From positions 41,294,001-41,358,000 of the forward strand of contig NC_087447.1 of NCBI RefSeq assembly GCF_036321535.1: a stretch of 64,000 nucleotides of DNA. Direction: 5' to 3'. Source of the DNA: Camelus dromedarius. Taxonomy: Eukaryota. The notes under the pieces were generated by a model. The model searched no databases. It was not told the origin of the DNA and saw nothing but the letters and a program-made list of their open reading frames with translations. The position numbers were made by a program, and so were the translations under genes. Positions 33,182 through 45,720 of the stretch are shown here, piece after piece. Position 1 is the first letter of the stretch; each line of letters begins with the position of its first letter.

Positions 33182-34499
33182 AAGAGCCTCTTATAGGGTA
33201 AGTCTTCCCAGATGAATTTTTAAATTGTGCTTTTCCCTGTCATTTACTAAAATAAGGCTTGTTTCTGAAGTAGCAGGACATATGATCATTAATAAAACAT
33301 TTTAGGGTTATAATTTGTCATTACATTTGTCTGGGTAGTTGTTTTATAATCTAGGTCATGGTCTCCTCTAGGTTTCTTTTTTCTTTATCCCCCCCAGCCC
33401 TGGGTTCTTAAATAAATACTCATCTCTAAAACATGAGCTTATTTTCAGGAATTTAAAACTGTGTAAAATGCTCCCTTAGGTAAGAACCAGGAATGTAAAG
33501 TTTAACAGAACTAATTTGATTGTCAGTAAAAAAAAAAAAAACTATGATAGAAATCTTAGTTCTGGCAAATTAGAATAACCAGAAAATCCTCCTGCTATAA
33601 ACACCCAGGTATGCTGAGTTAAAAACCAACAAGAACAGCACAGTAAATGTCCTTGTAAATGCATAACTGAGAGAGCTACTAATCTGAATAACAGAAACCA
33701 AAGCCTGCGCTAAGACTACCCAGATAGTGGTGGGTACAAGCGGGATTCTGTTTTCCATTATTTCAGGGCGGTGAGTTTTAATGCTCACGCAGAGACAGAA
33801 TTAGAAGCCTTAAAGTGCTACTCCCTATGTAAAAGTGGGTAAGAAAAAAAAATCCCTAATGGAAAAAAATTCCACCAATACAGAAAAGAGTCTAGTCTCT
33901 GGGCATAAAACTTGCAGCTGGTGGTGGTAGTGGTGATAGAGACTGGATGGGAGAGGTGGGGAAAGTCTCCTTCAAGAAGCTGCCGTTGCAACCACCGGTC
34001 TGCATCTCAGGTTGATTGGGTGTTTGACATTTCCCACTTGGCCTGGGAATTCCAGGGGAAGAAATCAGCATAGGCGTTATCCCTAAGTGTGCATATATCC
34101 CTGGCATGCCTGGGCAAGTTACATAATATTTTTGACTGACTTATCCTTAATTCCCCTGGTGGGAATTAAATAATAGTAACTAGCTGGTGTTGAATGTTTA
34201 CTTGTGTCAGCACTTTTCATGCTGAAACTCATTTAATCTTCAGAACAGCCCTGTGTCACGGGTACAGAAATCTGTCAGTGGTGTGAGGCCATGGAAGCTG
34301 GTCATAGCTGTCTCCTGGGACTGGTGTGAAAATAAGATGAGGTGCAAAGTGACAGGCCAATAGTCATATGACTCTACCTTGGAAACTGTAATCATCTGCT
34401 GTATCCCTCAGGGTTTTCTCACTTCAGGTAGGACACAGACTCTCAAACTCTTCCCTTCCTCTTTCTTGTTGTCACCAAAGGTAAGAAGCACAAGGTCAC

Positions 34500-35160
34500 T
34501 TTATTTTTTAATTGAAGTATAGTCACATAATTACAATGTGTCAATTTCTGGTGCACAGCATAATGTTTCAGTCATACATATACATACATACATATGTTTT
34601 CATAATCTTTTTCATTATAGGTTACTACAAGATATTGATTATAGTTCCCAGTACTATATAGAAGAAACTTGTTGTTTATCTATTTTATACATAGCAGTTA
34701 ATATTTGCAAATCTCGAGCTCCCAATTTATCACTTCCCACCTCCTTTCCCCACCCTGGGAACCATAAGTTTGTTTACTATGTCTGTAAGCCTGTTTCTGT
34801 TTTGTAGATAAGCTCATTAGTGTCTTCTTTTTTCTTTTTTTTTTTTTAGATTCCGCATATGAGTGATATCATATGACATTTTTCTTTCTCTTTCTGGCTT
34901 ACTTCACTTAGAATGATGATCTCCAGGTCCATCCACGTTGCTGCAAATGGCATTATTTTCTTCTTTTTAATGGCTGAGTAGTATTCCATTGTATAAATAT
35001 ACTGCAGCTTCTTTACCCAGTCCTCCACCAATGGACATTTGAGTTGGTTCCATATCTTGGCTATTGTATATAGTGCTGCTATGAACACTGGGGTGCATGT
35101 ATCTTTTTGAATTAGTGTTCCCTCTGGATATATGCCCAGGAGTGGGATTGCTGTATCATA
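34500..35160 (-). mobile_element. 5'-truncated L1 3' end
   Basis: ORF 34846..35088 is the L1 ORF2 C-terminus (...MEYYSAIKK...WMDLE...ICGI), followed by 3' UTR and T tail. Confidence 0.92.
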
Positions 35161-35424
35161 TTAAGGATTTTATTATTGATCCTTGGTGAAGGAAGGGAAT
35201 GAAGGTAGAATTTGAGGTGGCTTTGAAAGATGGGTAGGATTTGATAGGCAGAGTGTGGGAAGAGTTTTGAGCAGAGAAGATAGTAAGCAAAATCTTTACA
35301 AAAAGTGTTTTGTGTGTGTGTGAGCAAAATCTTAATGGTAAGAATTATACACTCTAAAGGCTGGTGACAAGTGAATTCTTCCCAGCATTAAAATTGACCC
35401 ATTCTTTGATATCCATCATGTGTC

Positions 35425-35920
35425 TGTTGATGAAAATTCAATTAACAGTCAAGTTAAGAAGGAAAAATGGAGTTTGATTTGAGCCAAACTGAGGGTTATA
35501 ACCCAGGAGACAGACTCTCAGAAGCTCTGAGAACTGTTTCGCCTGTTAGAAGTCAAGGGCACAGTCATGTACATTTTTGAGACAAAGGATCATGCATCAA
35601 AATGATATACCGATATTTTACTTCAAGTTCACCAAAGATACATAGTCCAGAGATACATAGCACAAAGTGAGCAGTAAGTCACTATGACCGCCTACAGAGT
35701 TGAGAAGGAACTTTTGAGAAGTTACATTGCCTCAGAAGAAAGGGGGAAAATTGATCTTTAAGGTCAGGAAAGCACCCTCATCTCTGAGGTGGTCTGGTTA
35801 ACATGTAATGCAGATGCACACTGCATGATAGGGAGGGAAGAAGCCTAAATGGGCAGAGAAAGAGAGAATATTATATTTAAGTTTTCTTGTCCTGCCTTAG
35901 AATATAAATTTGATTTCCTT
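35425..35920 (-). mobile_element. Probable ERV solo LTR, ~500 bp
   Basis: Begins TGTTGATG on + (ends ...CATCAACA on minus); flanked by TGTGTC at 35419-35424 and 35920-35925. Confidence 0.6.
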
Positions 35921-37029
35921 GTGTCCCATCTCCTCCAGGAAGCCTTCCTTGTTAACATCATTCAAGGAGCTTCCTCCATCTTATTGTCTCCAAAAATAGC
36001 TTGGCATTCAACTATATTCAATTTGGAAAAAAAGTATACATCACAGTATATTTAAAATACGTATTTTGAATGTAGTCTTTACTCCCCTCTGACTCTGACT
36101 TTCCTCAAAGCCAGAATACTTTTTGAATACTCTCATCTCCCAGTGAAGGGACCCAAGAAGTTCTCAATACATAGATTTTGAACTTTTGAATTGCTTTATG
36201 AAAATCACAGTTGGAAGCACAGCAAAGGATATTGCTCCCAAAAGCAAAGGTACACATGGAATTTGCATGTTGCTGTTCTGTGTGGATGAAGCTTTCTGCT
36301 CGAGTGTTGAAATAAATATTTTGAAAAGATTCTCAAAACCTTGAAAAGTGAAGATTGTTCTTTACATTCATCCCTGATTTCATGAGAAGCATTTCAAATT
36401 CAAGAAGAGATGGATTCTCTTGACTGAATTATCTTAGGTTTTGGATATTAAAAGATCTTAGTTTATAAAATGAGTTTAGAGCTGTTTAAAAATACTTTTA
36501 CCTGATTCTTTGTCCAGCTGTATGTGTGAGATAAACACATCACTGTATTTGGGGACTTGTTAGGGCAGAGAGAAATATTAATGTGCACTCCAGTGGGAAT
36601 TCTTTTAGTTACCCTCAGGGCGACTTTCTGCTAAAGAAGTATGTTGTAACAATTTAAGAAATTGTTTTCCAACTAACCTACCTCTATGAGTGTGGGAAAT
36701 CAACTCAGCTGTGTGGTTTATGATTGGTCAAGTAAGTGGTTTACACAGTGTAACCAAATTAAGCCTATTTATCAGTGCTTTTTGCCTCAGGGCATGCCAA
36801 GACCTGGTCATACTGACATATTTACCCCAGAGTGCAGGCGACTTGCCTGTGAAGCCTGTTTACAAATGCAATTAAAAAAAAAAAAAAACTTAAAAAGGTA
36901 TTGGAATCAACATTTTAGCACTATTTTCATTTTAAAATAATTTCATTTTTGGTGTATTAAACGGAGAGCTTTTAAGTCTTGGAGAGATTTTCCATTCTTC
37001 TGTTTCAGAGACAGGACGGTCGCTTAGAG

Positions 37030-37213
37030 CAGCGCTTTTCAAGCTCTTTAGTGTAACGAGCATCACCTGGAGAGTTAGTTAAAACTCAGATTTCTGAACC
37101 CCATCCTACTTTCTGATTCAGTAGGTGTGGGTGGGATGGAGAATCTGCATTTCTAATGAGTTCCTAGTGATGCTGCTGCTCTTGGTCCAGGGACCACACT
37201 TTGAGAACCACTG
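37030..37213. mobile_element. MER5A-like DNA transposon
   Basis: CATCACCTGGAGAG...TCTGATTCAGTAGGT...ATCTGCATTTCTAA...GGACCACACTTTGAGAACCACTG. Confidence 0.8.
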
Positions 37214-37264
37214 CTGAGAAGCCCTGGGATTAGAGAATCCTGGAGTCAGAACTCTGAAGGAAAA

Positions 37265-37500
37265 GTTTTAATTTCTTGAGTACTTACATTGTGCCAGACA
37301 CTGTGCAAGTCATTTTCCATCCATTATGTTTAATCAAGGCAATAACCTTACAAGTTGGGAACGAGTATTCCTATTTTGTAGATCAAGAAACTGAGGCTCA
37401 GAAAGTTAAGTTATCCAAGCTCACACAGCTAGTAAGTGGCGGAGTCAGAATTTGAACCTGGGTTTTTCTGTCTCAAGATGCATGCTACTTCTGTTAAAAT
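37265..37500 (-). mobile_element. MIR SINE (another copy at ~37930-38170)
   Basis: GAAACTGAGGCTCAGAAAGTTAAG...CACACAGCTAGTAAGTGGCGGAG core. Confidence 0.75.
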
Positions 37501-38359
37501 ATGCTTTCTTAAAATCTGAATTAAAGTGCTTCCAGTCCCAGTTCCTTCCTCCTGCAGGAATAATTTCTCTACATCCCTGAACCATGGTTCTTTGACTTCT
37601 GCTCAGATCATAGAGGGGCACTCACTACTTCATGAAGGTGGTCTTGTTAGGGACATCTAGAGAGATCTGGCTTGCTTGGGATCGAGTAGCCTCCCAGGGT
37701 GAGACTTTCAGTTTTAAAACCCAGAATGACTAATCACTCTAGGGTGGTTCAAACCATTTCAAATGCTTTATAATGAGCCCACCTTCTTCCCTATACTTTT
37801 CCATTTCTACTGTAGTTTTGTTTAATAGGATCTTGTACGTGATAGTACTGCAGATATTTGAAGACGACGATCATTCCACGAGTCACCAGACTGTCTTCAT
37901 TCTTCTTGACCTTTCCTCACATAACATAGCATATATAGCACTTGCTATGTGTCAGGAAATCTAAATGCTTTATGTATATTAGCTAATTTAATTCTCACAA
38001 GAGTCTTATAAGATAGGTACCATTACTATTCCCATTTTACAGAAATGGGAAATGAGGCATAGTTAAGTACCCTGCTCAAGGTCACACAGCTTTTAAGAGG
38101 CTAAGCCAGGATTTTAACCTACAGAGCTAACCTCCAGAATCCTTGGTCTTGACCACTATACTTTATTGCCTTCCACTCAATCAGTAAGGCTTTATTAAGT
38201 ATCTACTCTACACCGAGTAAAAAGATACAGGAGAGAGACATGGTCCTTGTCATCATGGAGTGTATGGTCCAGAGGGAGACACATGAACAATAAGTAATTA
38301 AAGAAAAAAATACAAATTAGGGTAAGTGCTATGAAGTAAATAGGTGCAAAGATAGAAAA

Positions 38360-39392
38360 CACTGGTGAAGCCATTTCGGTCCATTCAGGAGACAGAAACC
38401 ACACAGGAGGTTAAACAAGGAAGCTTAACATAAAGAATGATTGGCTGTGATAAACGAGCAGCTCTACGATGTAAATAAACCCTGGTACCCTAGCATTGAG
38501 GGAGCGACCCAAATAAGGACAAACGTGGGAGGGATTCAGCTCTCATTGGAGAAGGTGTGGGTATTAGTCAGCTTGGGCTGTCATAACAAAATGCCAAGAT
38601 TGGAGGCTTCAATAACAGGAACGTATTTCTCACAGTTCTGGAGGTTGGGAAGTCCAAGATCAGTGTGTCTACTGATTAGGTCATCTGGCGAGGGCTTTCT
38701 TCCAGGCTTGCAGATTGCCACCTTCTGGCTGGGTCCTGAGGGAGAAGAAAGCAAGTTTTCTGATAAGGCCCTAATCCCACCATGAGGGACCCACCCCCAT
38801 AACCTCATCGAACCCTAATTACCTCCCAAAGGCCCCATCCCCACATACTATCCCATTGGGAGTCGCGGCTTAATTTACACATTTGGGAGGAAGATACTTC
38901 AGTCCCCAGCAGTGTGGTGCTGCCGTGGGACAGCAGAGCAGCTGGCTGATCTGGGCAGGTCGGGCTGGTCTACAGTCACTGGACAGCAATTGCCCACCCT
39001 TTGGAATGCAGGATGGGGTGCAGGCCATCAGTGTGGGTGGTCTGGGGCCCTGGGTCCTGGCTTGGGCCAGAGGCTTTTACAGCCCATGAGCTGCATGGAT
39101 TTTGAATTTTGTGGAAAGGTTATCTACAAGCTGTGGCTGCTGAGTTACAGAGGGACATGGTTCTGGGCTGTGGCTGGGGCAGGCTCCAGCATATGGCCTC
39201 ACACCTACCCCTCTGAGCCCCAAAATGGCAAGAAAGCCTCTTCCTCCTGCAATGTCTCTCCTGTGCGTGGGATTAAGAAAGCTTTCACATCTTGCTCACT
39301 TCAGGAGACATACTTAAAGACATTCTGCTGTTTAGCACAGAACATGTACTGAAAGGTGAATTCAGAGCTGAGAGGCCGTAAATTGATTACAA
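38360..39392. mobile_element. Ancient LTR-like element split by an MLT1 insertion
   Basis: GGTCCATTCAGGAGACAGAAACCACACAG start; GGTGTGG / GTGTGG flank the inner MLT1. Confidence 0.4.
38560..38910 (-). mobile_element. MaLR solo LTR (MLT1A-type)
   Basis: GTATTAGTCAGCTTGGGCTGTCATAACAAAATGCC...TCTCACAGTTCTGGAGG...CCTAATTACCTCCCAAAGGCCCC. Confidence 0.8.
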
Positions 39393-39511
39393 ACAGTTGA
39401 AAGCCAAGTTTTTTTTAAGTTACTTTTTATACATATATAATTAAAAATAGAAATTATATTTATATAATTAAAAGTAAAAATATAATTAAAATAATACAAA
39501 TCCAAAGTTTT

Positions 39512-39730
39512 TTCAGGATTTGCAGATACTAACTAATATGTAAAAAAATAGATAAATAACAAGTTTATACTGTACAGCACAGGAAACTATATTCAATACC
39601 TTGTAACAACCTATAATGAAAAAGAATAAGCAGAAGAATATATATGTATAACTGAATCACTATGCAGCACATCAGAATTAACGAAACACTGTAAATCAGC
39701 TATACTTCAATAAAACATACAAATAAATAA
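39512..39730 (+). mobile_element. L1 3' UTR terminus
   Basis: GATTTGCAGATACTAACTA...GCACAGGAAACTATATTCAATACC...CTATACTTCAATAAAA. Confidence 0.8.
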
Positions 39731-39909
39731 ATGAATATTTTTGATAAGCTTTAATAGTTTTTCCATGGTATCTTTGGGATTCTCTGTGTATAGTGTCACA
39801 GGTGATGGATAATTTATTCAACTGTTAACGGACACTTCAGGATTTTATTTTATAAAAATTCTGCCAGGAAGACTCCTGTACATATGTGGCTGAAGTTTTA
39901 TAGATATAA

Positions 39910-40400
39910 ACCATATCTTGGCTGCTGTAAATAATGCTGCAATGAACATTGGGGTGCATGTACTTTTTTGAATTAGTGCTTTTTTTTTTTGATATATACC
40001 CAGGAGTGGAATTGCTGGATCACATGGTAGTACTATGTTTAGTTTTTGGAGGAATGTCCATTGTTTTTGGCATTTATCAAATTTATCTGCAGTGAGAAAC
40101 TGCTTCAGTTTGTATCCCACCTTCCATCAAAAGTGGATGAGAGTATTAATTTCTTCACATCCCTACAGCATCAGAGAAGACTTGTACCAGTTTGGTAAGT
40201 GAATAAAGTGTTTTCTTAACATTTTGAATTCTTTAAATATACATGTATTAAAGCATATTTCCACATGTTTATAATCTTTTAAATTTGCTTTTCTATAAAC
40301 TGTTTTTATCATTTGCACACTTTTCTTTTGGGCTATTCTTTTTTTTCATATACATTTATATCAGTTCTATTGAAGTTAAGGAAAAGAGCTCTTTGACAAA
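39910..40400 (-). mobile_element. L1 ORF2 fragments
   Basis: ORF 39845..40120 contains L1 ORF2 motifs (DPAIPLLGIY, CTPMFIAALFT). Confidence 0.7.
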
Positions 40401-40629
40401 TATGTTTTAAGTTTGTTTTCTCTGTTTTGGAACTTAGCCTTTCATTTATCTTTCAGGTTTTGTTGTTGTTGTTTTCCTTTTTTTTTTTTTTTTTTAAATA
40501 CCAGAGTTACATTGCTTCTTAGACACATTTACTAACTTTTTCTTTTATAGCTTCTGGATTTTATAGCCTTCTCAGAAAAGCCTCTTTCTTAGGTTAGTAT
40601 TTAATTAACCCTCTTTTAAACATATTTTA

Positions 40630-41650
40630 AATGTTTGAAACCGACAAAGGCTTGATCTGCAGAATATATAAGCAGCTCATACGACTTAATAAAAAAAAAA
40701 AGCGAACAACCCAATCCAAAAATGGGCAAAAGACCTAAACTAACAATTCTCCAAGGAAGAAATATAAATGATCAATAGGCACATGAAAAAATGCTCAGTA
40801 TCACTAATTATCAGAGAAATGCAAATCAAAACTACAATGAGGTATCACCTCACACCAGTCAGAATGGCCGTCATTCAAAAATCCACAAATGACAAATGCT
40901 GGAGAGGCTGTGGAGAAAGGGGAACCCTCCTACACTGCTGGTAGGAATGCAGTTTGGTGCAGCCACTATGGAAAACAGTGTGGAGATTCCTCAAAAGACT
41001 AGGAATAGACTTACCATATAACCCAGGAATCCCACTCCTGGGCTTGTATCCAGAAGGAACTCTACTTCAGGATGACACCTGCACCCCAATGTTCATAGCA
41101 GCACTATCTACAATAGCCAAAACATGGAAACAGCCTAAATGTCCATCAGCAGGTGACTGGATAAAGAAGAGGTGGTATATTTATACAATGGAATACTACT
41201 CAGCCATAAAAACCGACAACATAATGCCATTTGCAGCAACATGGATGCTCCTGGAGAATGTCATTCTAAGTGAAGTAAGCCAGAAAGAGAAAGAAAAATA
41301 CCATATGAGATCGCTCATATGTGGAATCTAAAAAACAAAAACAAAAACAAACAAACAAACAAAAACAAAGCATAAATAAAGGACAGAAATAGACTCACAG
41401 ACAGAGAATACAGACTTGTGGTTACCAGGGGGGTGGAGGGTGGGAAGGGATAGACTGGGATTTCAAAATTGTAGAATAGACTACACTGTATAGCACAGGG
41501 AAATATACACAAAATGTTATGATAACTCACAGAGAAAAAAATGTGACAATGAGTGTGTATATGTCCATGAATAACTGAAAAATTGTGCTGAACATTGGAA
41601 TTTGACACAACATTGTAAAATGATGATAAATCAATAAAAAATGTTAAAAA
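40630..41650 (+). mobile_element. Young 5'-truncated L1 with 12-bp target-site duplication
   Basis: ORF 40954..41331 is a clean ORF2 C-terminus; 3' UTR, AATAAA and A tail; AAACATATTTTA at 40618-40629 and 41651-41662. Confidence 0.95.
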
Positions 41651-42062
41651 AAACATATTTTATGATTTTTTTTACAGTTAATATTTGATCAATCTGGAAT
41701 TGACCTGGGTATGAGGCATGAGATAGGAACCCAGCTGTGTCCTTATCTCTGTAGGCACTGACTGTTTGTGCCGTCACTGTTTATTTTTATTTTACTTACC
41801 AAACTTTTTTCCCAGTTATTTGAAATCTCACTTTTCCACCTTTACAGTATAGAAAATTCCCTTGTGCTTTAGAGCCCATTTCTTATTTTTCTTTGGTTTC
41901 ATCAATTTCTTCTCATATCAAATTGTTTTATTAACTGAAGTTTCATAATGTTTTGGTATTAGACCTAGAAGTGGACATATTTTGGACAGGGTAGGAAGTG
42001 AAGGTCTTGCTGATGGGTGACATTTAGGCTGACATTTGAAGAATAAGAAGTAACCAGCTTTA

Positions 42063-42820
42063 AAGGGAACCCTCCTACATTGTTGGTGGGAATGTAGTTT
42101 GGTGCAGCTGTTATGGAAAACAGTATGCAGATTCCTTAAAAAAACAGAAAATAGACTCACCCTATGATCTAGCAATCCCATTCCTGAGTATATCTCTGGA
42201 AGAAACTCTAATTTGAAAAGATACATGCACCCCAATGTTCACAGCAGCATTATTTACAATAGCCAAGACATGGATGCAATCTAAATGTTCATCAATAGAT
42301 GACTGGATAAAGGAGTTGTGGTATATATACACACAATAGAATACTACTCAGTCATAAAAAAGAATAAAATAATGCCATTTGCAGCAACGTGGATGGACCT
42401 GGAGATCATCGTACTAAGTGAAGTAAGCCAGAAAGAGAAAGAAAAATACCATATGATATCACTTATATGTGGAATCTAAAAAAGGACACAAATGAACTTA
42501 TTTACAAGACAAATTCACAAACATGGAAAACAAACTTATGGTTACCAGGGGAGGAAAGAGGGTAGAAAGGGATAAATTGGGAGTTTAAGATTTGCAGATA
42601 CTAACTACTATAGATAAAATAGATAAAAAACAAATTTCTTCTGTAGAGCACAGGGAACTATATTCAATACCTTTTAATAGCCTATAATGAAAAAGAATAT
42701 GAAAGGAATACATATATATATATATATATATATATATGAATTTATAACTGAATCACCATGCTGTACACCAGAAATTAACACAACAGTATAAACAGACTGT
42801 ACTTTAAAAAAAAAAAAAAA
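42063..42820 (+). mobile_element. 5'-truncated L1 with perfect 18-bp target-site duplication, inserted in an L2 relic
   Basis: ORF2 end, 3' UTR with (TA)n, poly(A); AAGAAGTAACCAGCTTTA at 42045-42062 and 42821-42838. Confidence 0.95.
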
Positions 42821-43439
42821 AAGAAGTAACCAGCTTTACAGAGATGGAGGCAGGAACATTTCAAGGAGAGGCAGCTACATATCCAAAGGTTGGGAGGCAG
42901 AAAACAGCCTGACTTATTTGAAGAAGCTAAAAAAAAAAAAAAAAAAAAAAAAAAGACCAGTGTGGTGAGCACAGCAAATGTAGGAGAGAAGGATGTGGGA
43001 TGGGGCTGGAAAGATCGGCGAGGTTTTGTCGGGAGAGCTTGGTTTTGTCCTCGGTACAAAAGGAAACACTTACTGGATTTGAAGCAGGGAAGCGACCTGC
43101 TCCAGTTTCTTGGAGGATAACATTGTCACTCCAGCTGTTATGATGGGAAGGAGGAAAACAAAAGTTGCAGTGAGGACGTGTTGCCTCCTCCTCATCCAAG
43201 TAGCTTCCTCTTGTTATATTCTAGGCGAGCATCTTATTTATTCCCTCTTTGGGATAGTTTCTTTTTTATTCCGTTTTGTATTCTTAGTGACAACATGGAG
43301 TCTAGCAAACTGCCTGCCATAAGCAAATCGTGAATGAATGAATAGGTAATCCCTTTCAATCTTCACCATGGCCCTGTGACATGAGAGTTTTAAGTTACTT
43401 ACACCTTTAAAAATATAATTAAACATCTGAGTAGCGATA

Positions 43440-44110
43440 GGTGGGTTACAACATTGGCGAGCTATGATCCAGCGGCCAGATGAAAGGGGAACTCTGAAAG
43501 AGCTGGGGGAGAGAGTCCCCTGTTCCTCGGTTGCTGGCGAACTCCAGGGCTGTGTGAGCAAGACCCCAGCAGAGGGCAGCAGAGCGCTGCACTGGACTGG
43601 GGATCCTCCCGATTGGCGGGGGCGGGGCGGGGCGGGGGTGGGGTGGGGGAAGGGCTGGGCAGCCGGCCAGGCAGCTAGAGCTCGAGCTGGACTAGGGCTT
43701 GAGGAGCAGGTGACCTTCCGGTCCTTAGCTAGAGTCTAAAGTGCGCTGGTGGAGAGCGTGAGGCCTGCTTTCTCTTTGTGTTTATTTAGGGTGTGCGCTT
43801 CTTACCACGCAGAGTATAATGAAGCTGTTTACTGTGGGCCCCTTGCAGCTGGGAAAGGCGGCGTCTCCCGGAGCAGTGACGGGGGGAGGGGAGCGGCGGG
43901 GGGACAGAGGACGGGCCCTGAGGTGAAATGGTGAGCGCAGGTGGGAATTTTGGCCTTGGCTGCAAAGCAACAGGTTTCCTGGAGGCTGTTCTGCAGCGCA
44001 GGGAATGAGGCGGTGTCCCTCGGTCACAGCCAGGCGGGAGCTGGGAAGGCTCAAAGGCAGACAGCGCTCTGGGGAAAACTTCGGGTAATTATTGGCTCCA
44101 CGACGTACGT
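43440..44110. promoter_or_regulatory. Intergenic GC-rich promoter/enhancer-like element
   Basis: Raised CpG content; inverted CCAAT (GATTGG 43611-43616) directly followed by three tandem GGGGCG boxes. Confidence 0.5.
43563..43581 (+). promoter_or_regulatory. Candidate CTCF site
   Basis: CCAGCAGAGGGCAGC at 43566-43580. Confidence 0.55.
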
Positions 44111-44270
44111 TGCCAGAAATAACTTTGAACGTTTCTTATGCTCTCTGAATTGTTTTCCTTTCTGTTCTTCTTTGTTAGTATAATTGTTTTTAAGATTTCC
44201 AACGTCTCGTGTGTGTTTAGGGGAAAAGGATTTTGCCCACACGTTGGCCAGAGGGTCAAAGGTGGGCCAC

Positions 44271-44290
44271 AGTGCCGCCTAGTGGCCACC
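44271..44290 (-). promoter_or_regulatory. Candidate CTCF site
   Basis: Minus strand GGTGGCCACTAGGCGGCACT. Confidence 0.55.
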
Positions 44291-44529
44291 AAGATGGTAG
44301 CAGCAGAGATCAGAGTGAAAGGCCCCAAACAGAAGCGAGACAATCTGGATACTTCGTCTCCTCAGCTATACACAGACTCAATCCCCATGCACACACATAC
44401 ACACAATCACCCAGCGTATATACTCTTTTAAAATTTTTACAGTTTTATTGAGAGACGATTGGCACACAGCATGTATAAGTTTAAGGTGCACAGCATAATG
44501 ATTTGATTTATATATATTGTGAGACAACG

Positions 44530-44685
44530 AGCAAACACACATACACTTAAATACCTGCATCTCACACACATGCTCACACCGACACATCGCATACACATCA
44601 CACACACTCACACACACACACACTTCACACACACTGACATATCACACATACACACCTTGACACACCCAACCCAACACACCTGCAC
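44530..44685. repeat. Degenerate (CA)n microsatellite next to a short L1 3' tail (44425-44525, minus)
   Basis: Visible CA runs. Confidence 0.8.
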
Positions 44686-45514
44686 CCAGTGATAAAGGGT
44701 TTTTGTAGTGAATGTTACAGTTGCCTCTCCAGCTGCCATCCCACTGTGTATAACAACCATGTGGTTTAAGTCCAGGTCAAATCAACTTTTGGATACCAGG
44801 GTAGCTTCCAGCTGGCCTAAATCATCAACATAACCCCAGCCCCCTGGGCATTCCCTTGGCCTCTGCCATGGCTTTGGGAGTGGACATCTAACAATATCCA
44901 TCCATCAGATGTGAAGGAGGAAACATGTCTCCCGACAGCTGCCTGCAGCCATCCTGCTACCCCAGGAAAAGGCCAGTTTGGAAAAAGCTGACGGGAGGGG
45001 GAGGGGAGAGACTCACAGACAAACAGAGATGTAGCCCCCCAAATACTGGGATCCTCTAAACAACCCCTACTAGAAGCCCACCCTGCCTCTGAACTTTAGA
45101 TTTCGTGAACCATTAAGTTGCCCTGGTGTTTAAGGCCTTCAGGTTGGGTTTTCAGTTTCTTATATCAGAAAACCTCAGAACAGATCAACTCCTCCCAGGA
45201 AGTCGTCTGTGGAAGGCCTCGGAGGGGTCCAGCTTTAATAGGAGGACTGTTCTTTCCTATCCCTCCTTTTGCCTCTTGGTCCTCAAGAGGACTGACCTGG
45301 CAGAGTTCTTGGGGCTTCTCATGGGTAGCAGAGAAGAGAAGAGTATTTAAAACCAAGACCAATTGTAGCTTCTTTGTCTTGGAAGGAAAATGACACAATT
45401 CCAATCTATGCAGGGGTAAATCTCTAAATGGATCTTAGTCCTGGCAGAGGCTGAGATGAGTTTCAAGTCAAGAATTCTGTATTTCGAAGGACTGACACCG
45501 GAGACTTTGTATAT

Positions 45515-45720
45515 GTAATTGGGCCTTCCCTGTGTGTAGATTCAACCAACTGTTGGATCCCACATTGGATGAATCCACGGAGGCGAAGCCTGTGGATATG
45601 GAGGGCCGACTGTGTTCATTGTACTGCACCAGTTTATATGAACGACTTGAGCATTCGTGGATTTTGGTGTCTGCGGGAGCTTCTGGAACCGATTCTCCAT
45701 GGATGCTGAGGGGCAACTGT
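45515..45720 (+). mobile_element. TcMar-Tigger (MER2/Tigger2-like) relic
   Basis: GATTCAACCAAC...GACTTGAGCATTCGTGGATTTTGGTGTCTGCGGG...GGATGCTGAGGGGCAACTGT. Confidence 0.7.

Noticed and set aside
40954..41331. 125-aa ORF as a host gene
   Set aside because: It is the L1 ORF2 C-terminus in a truncated element
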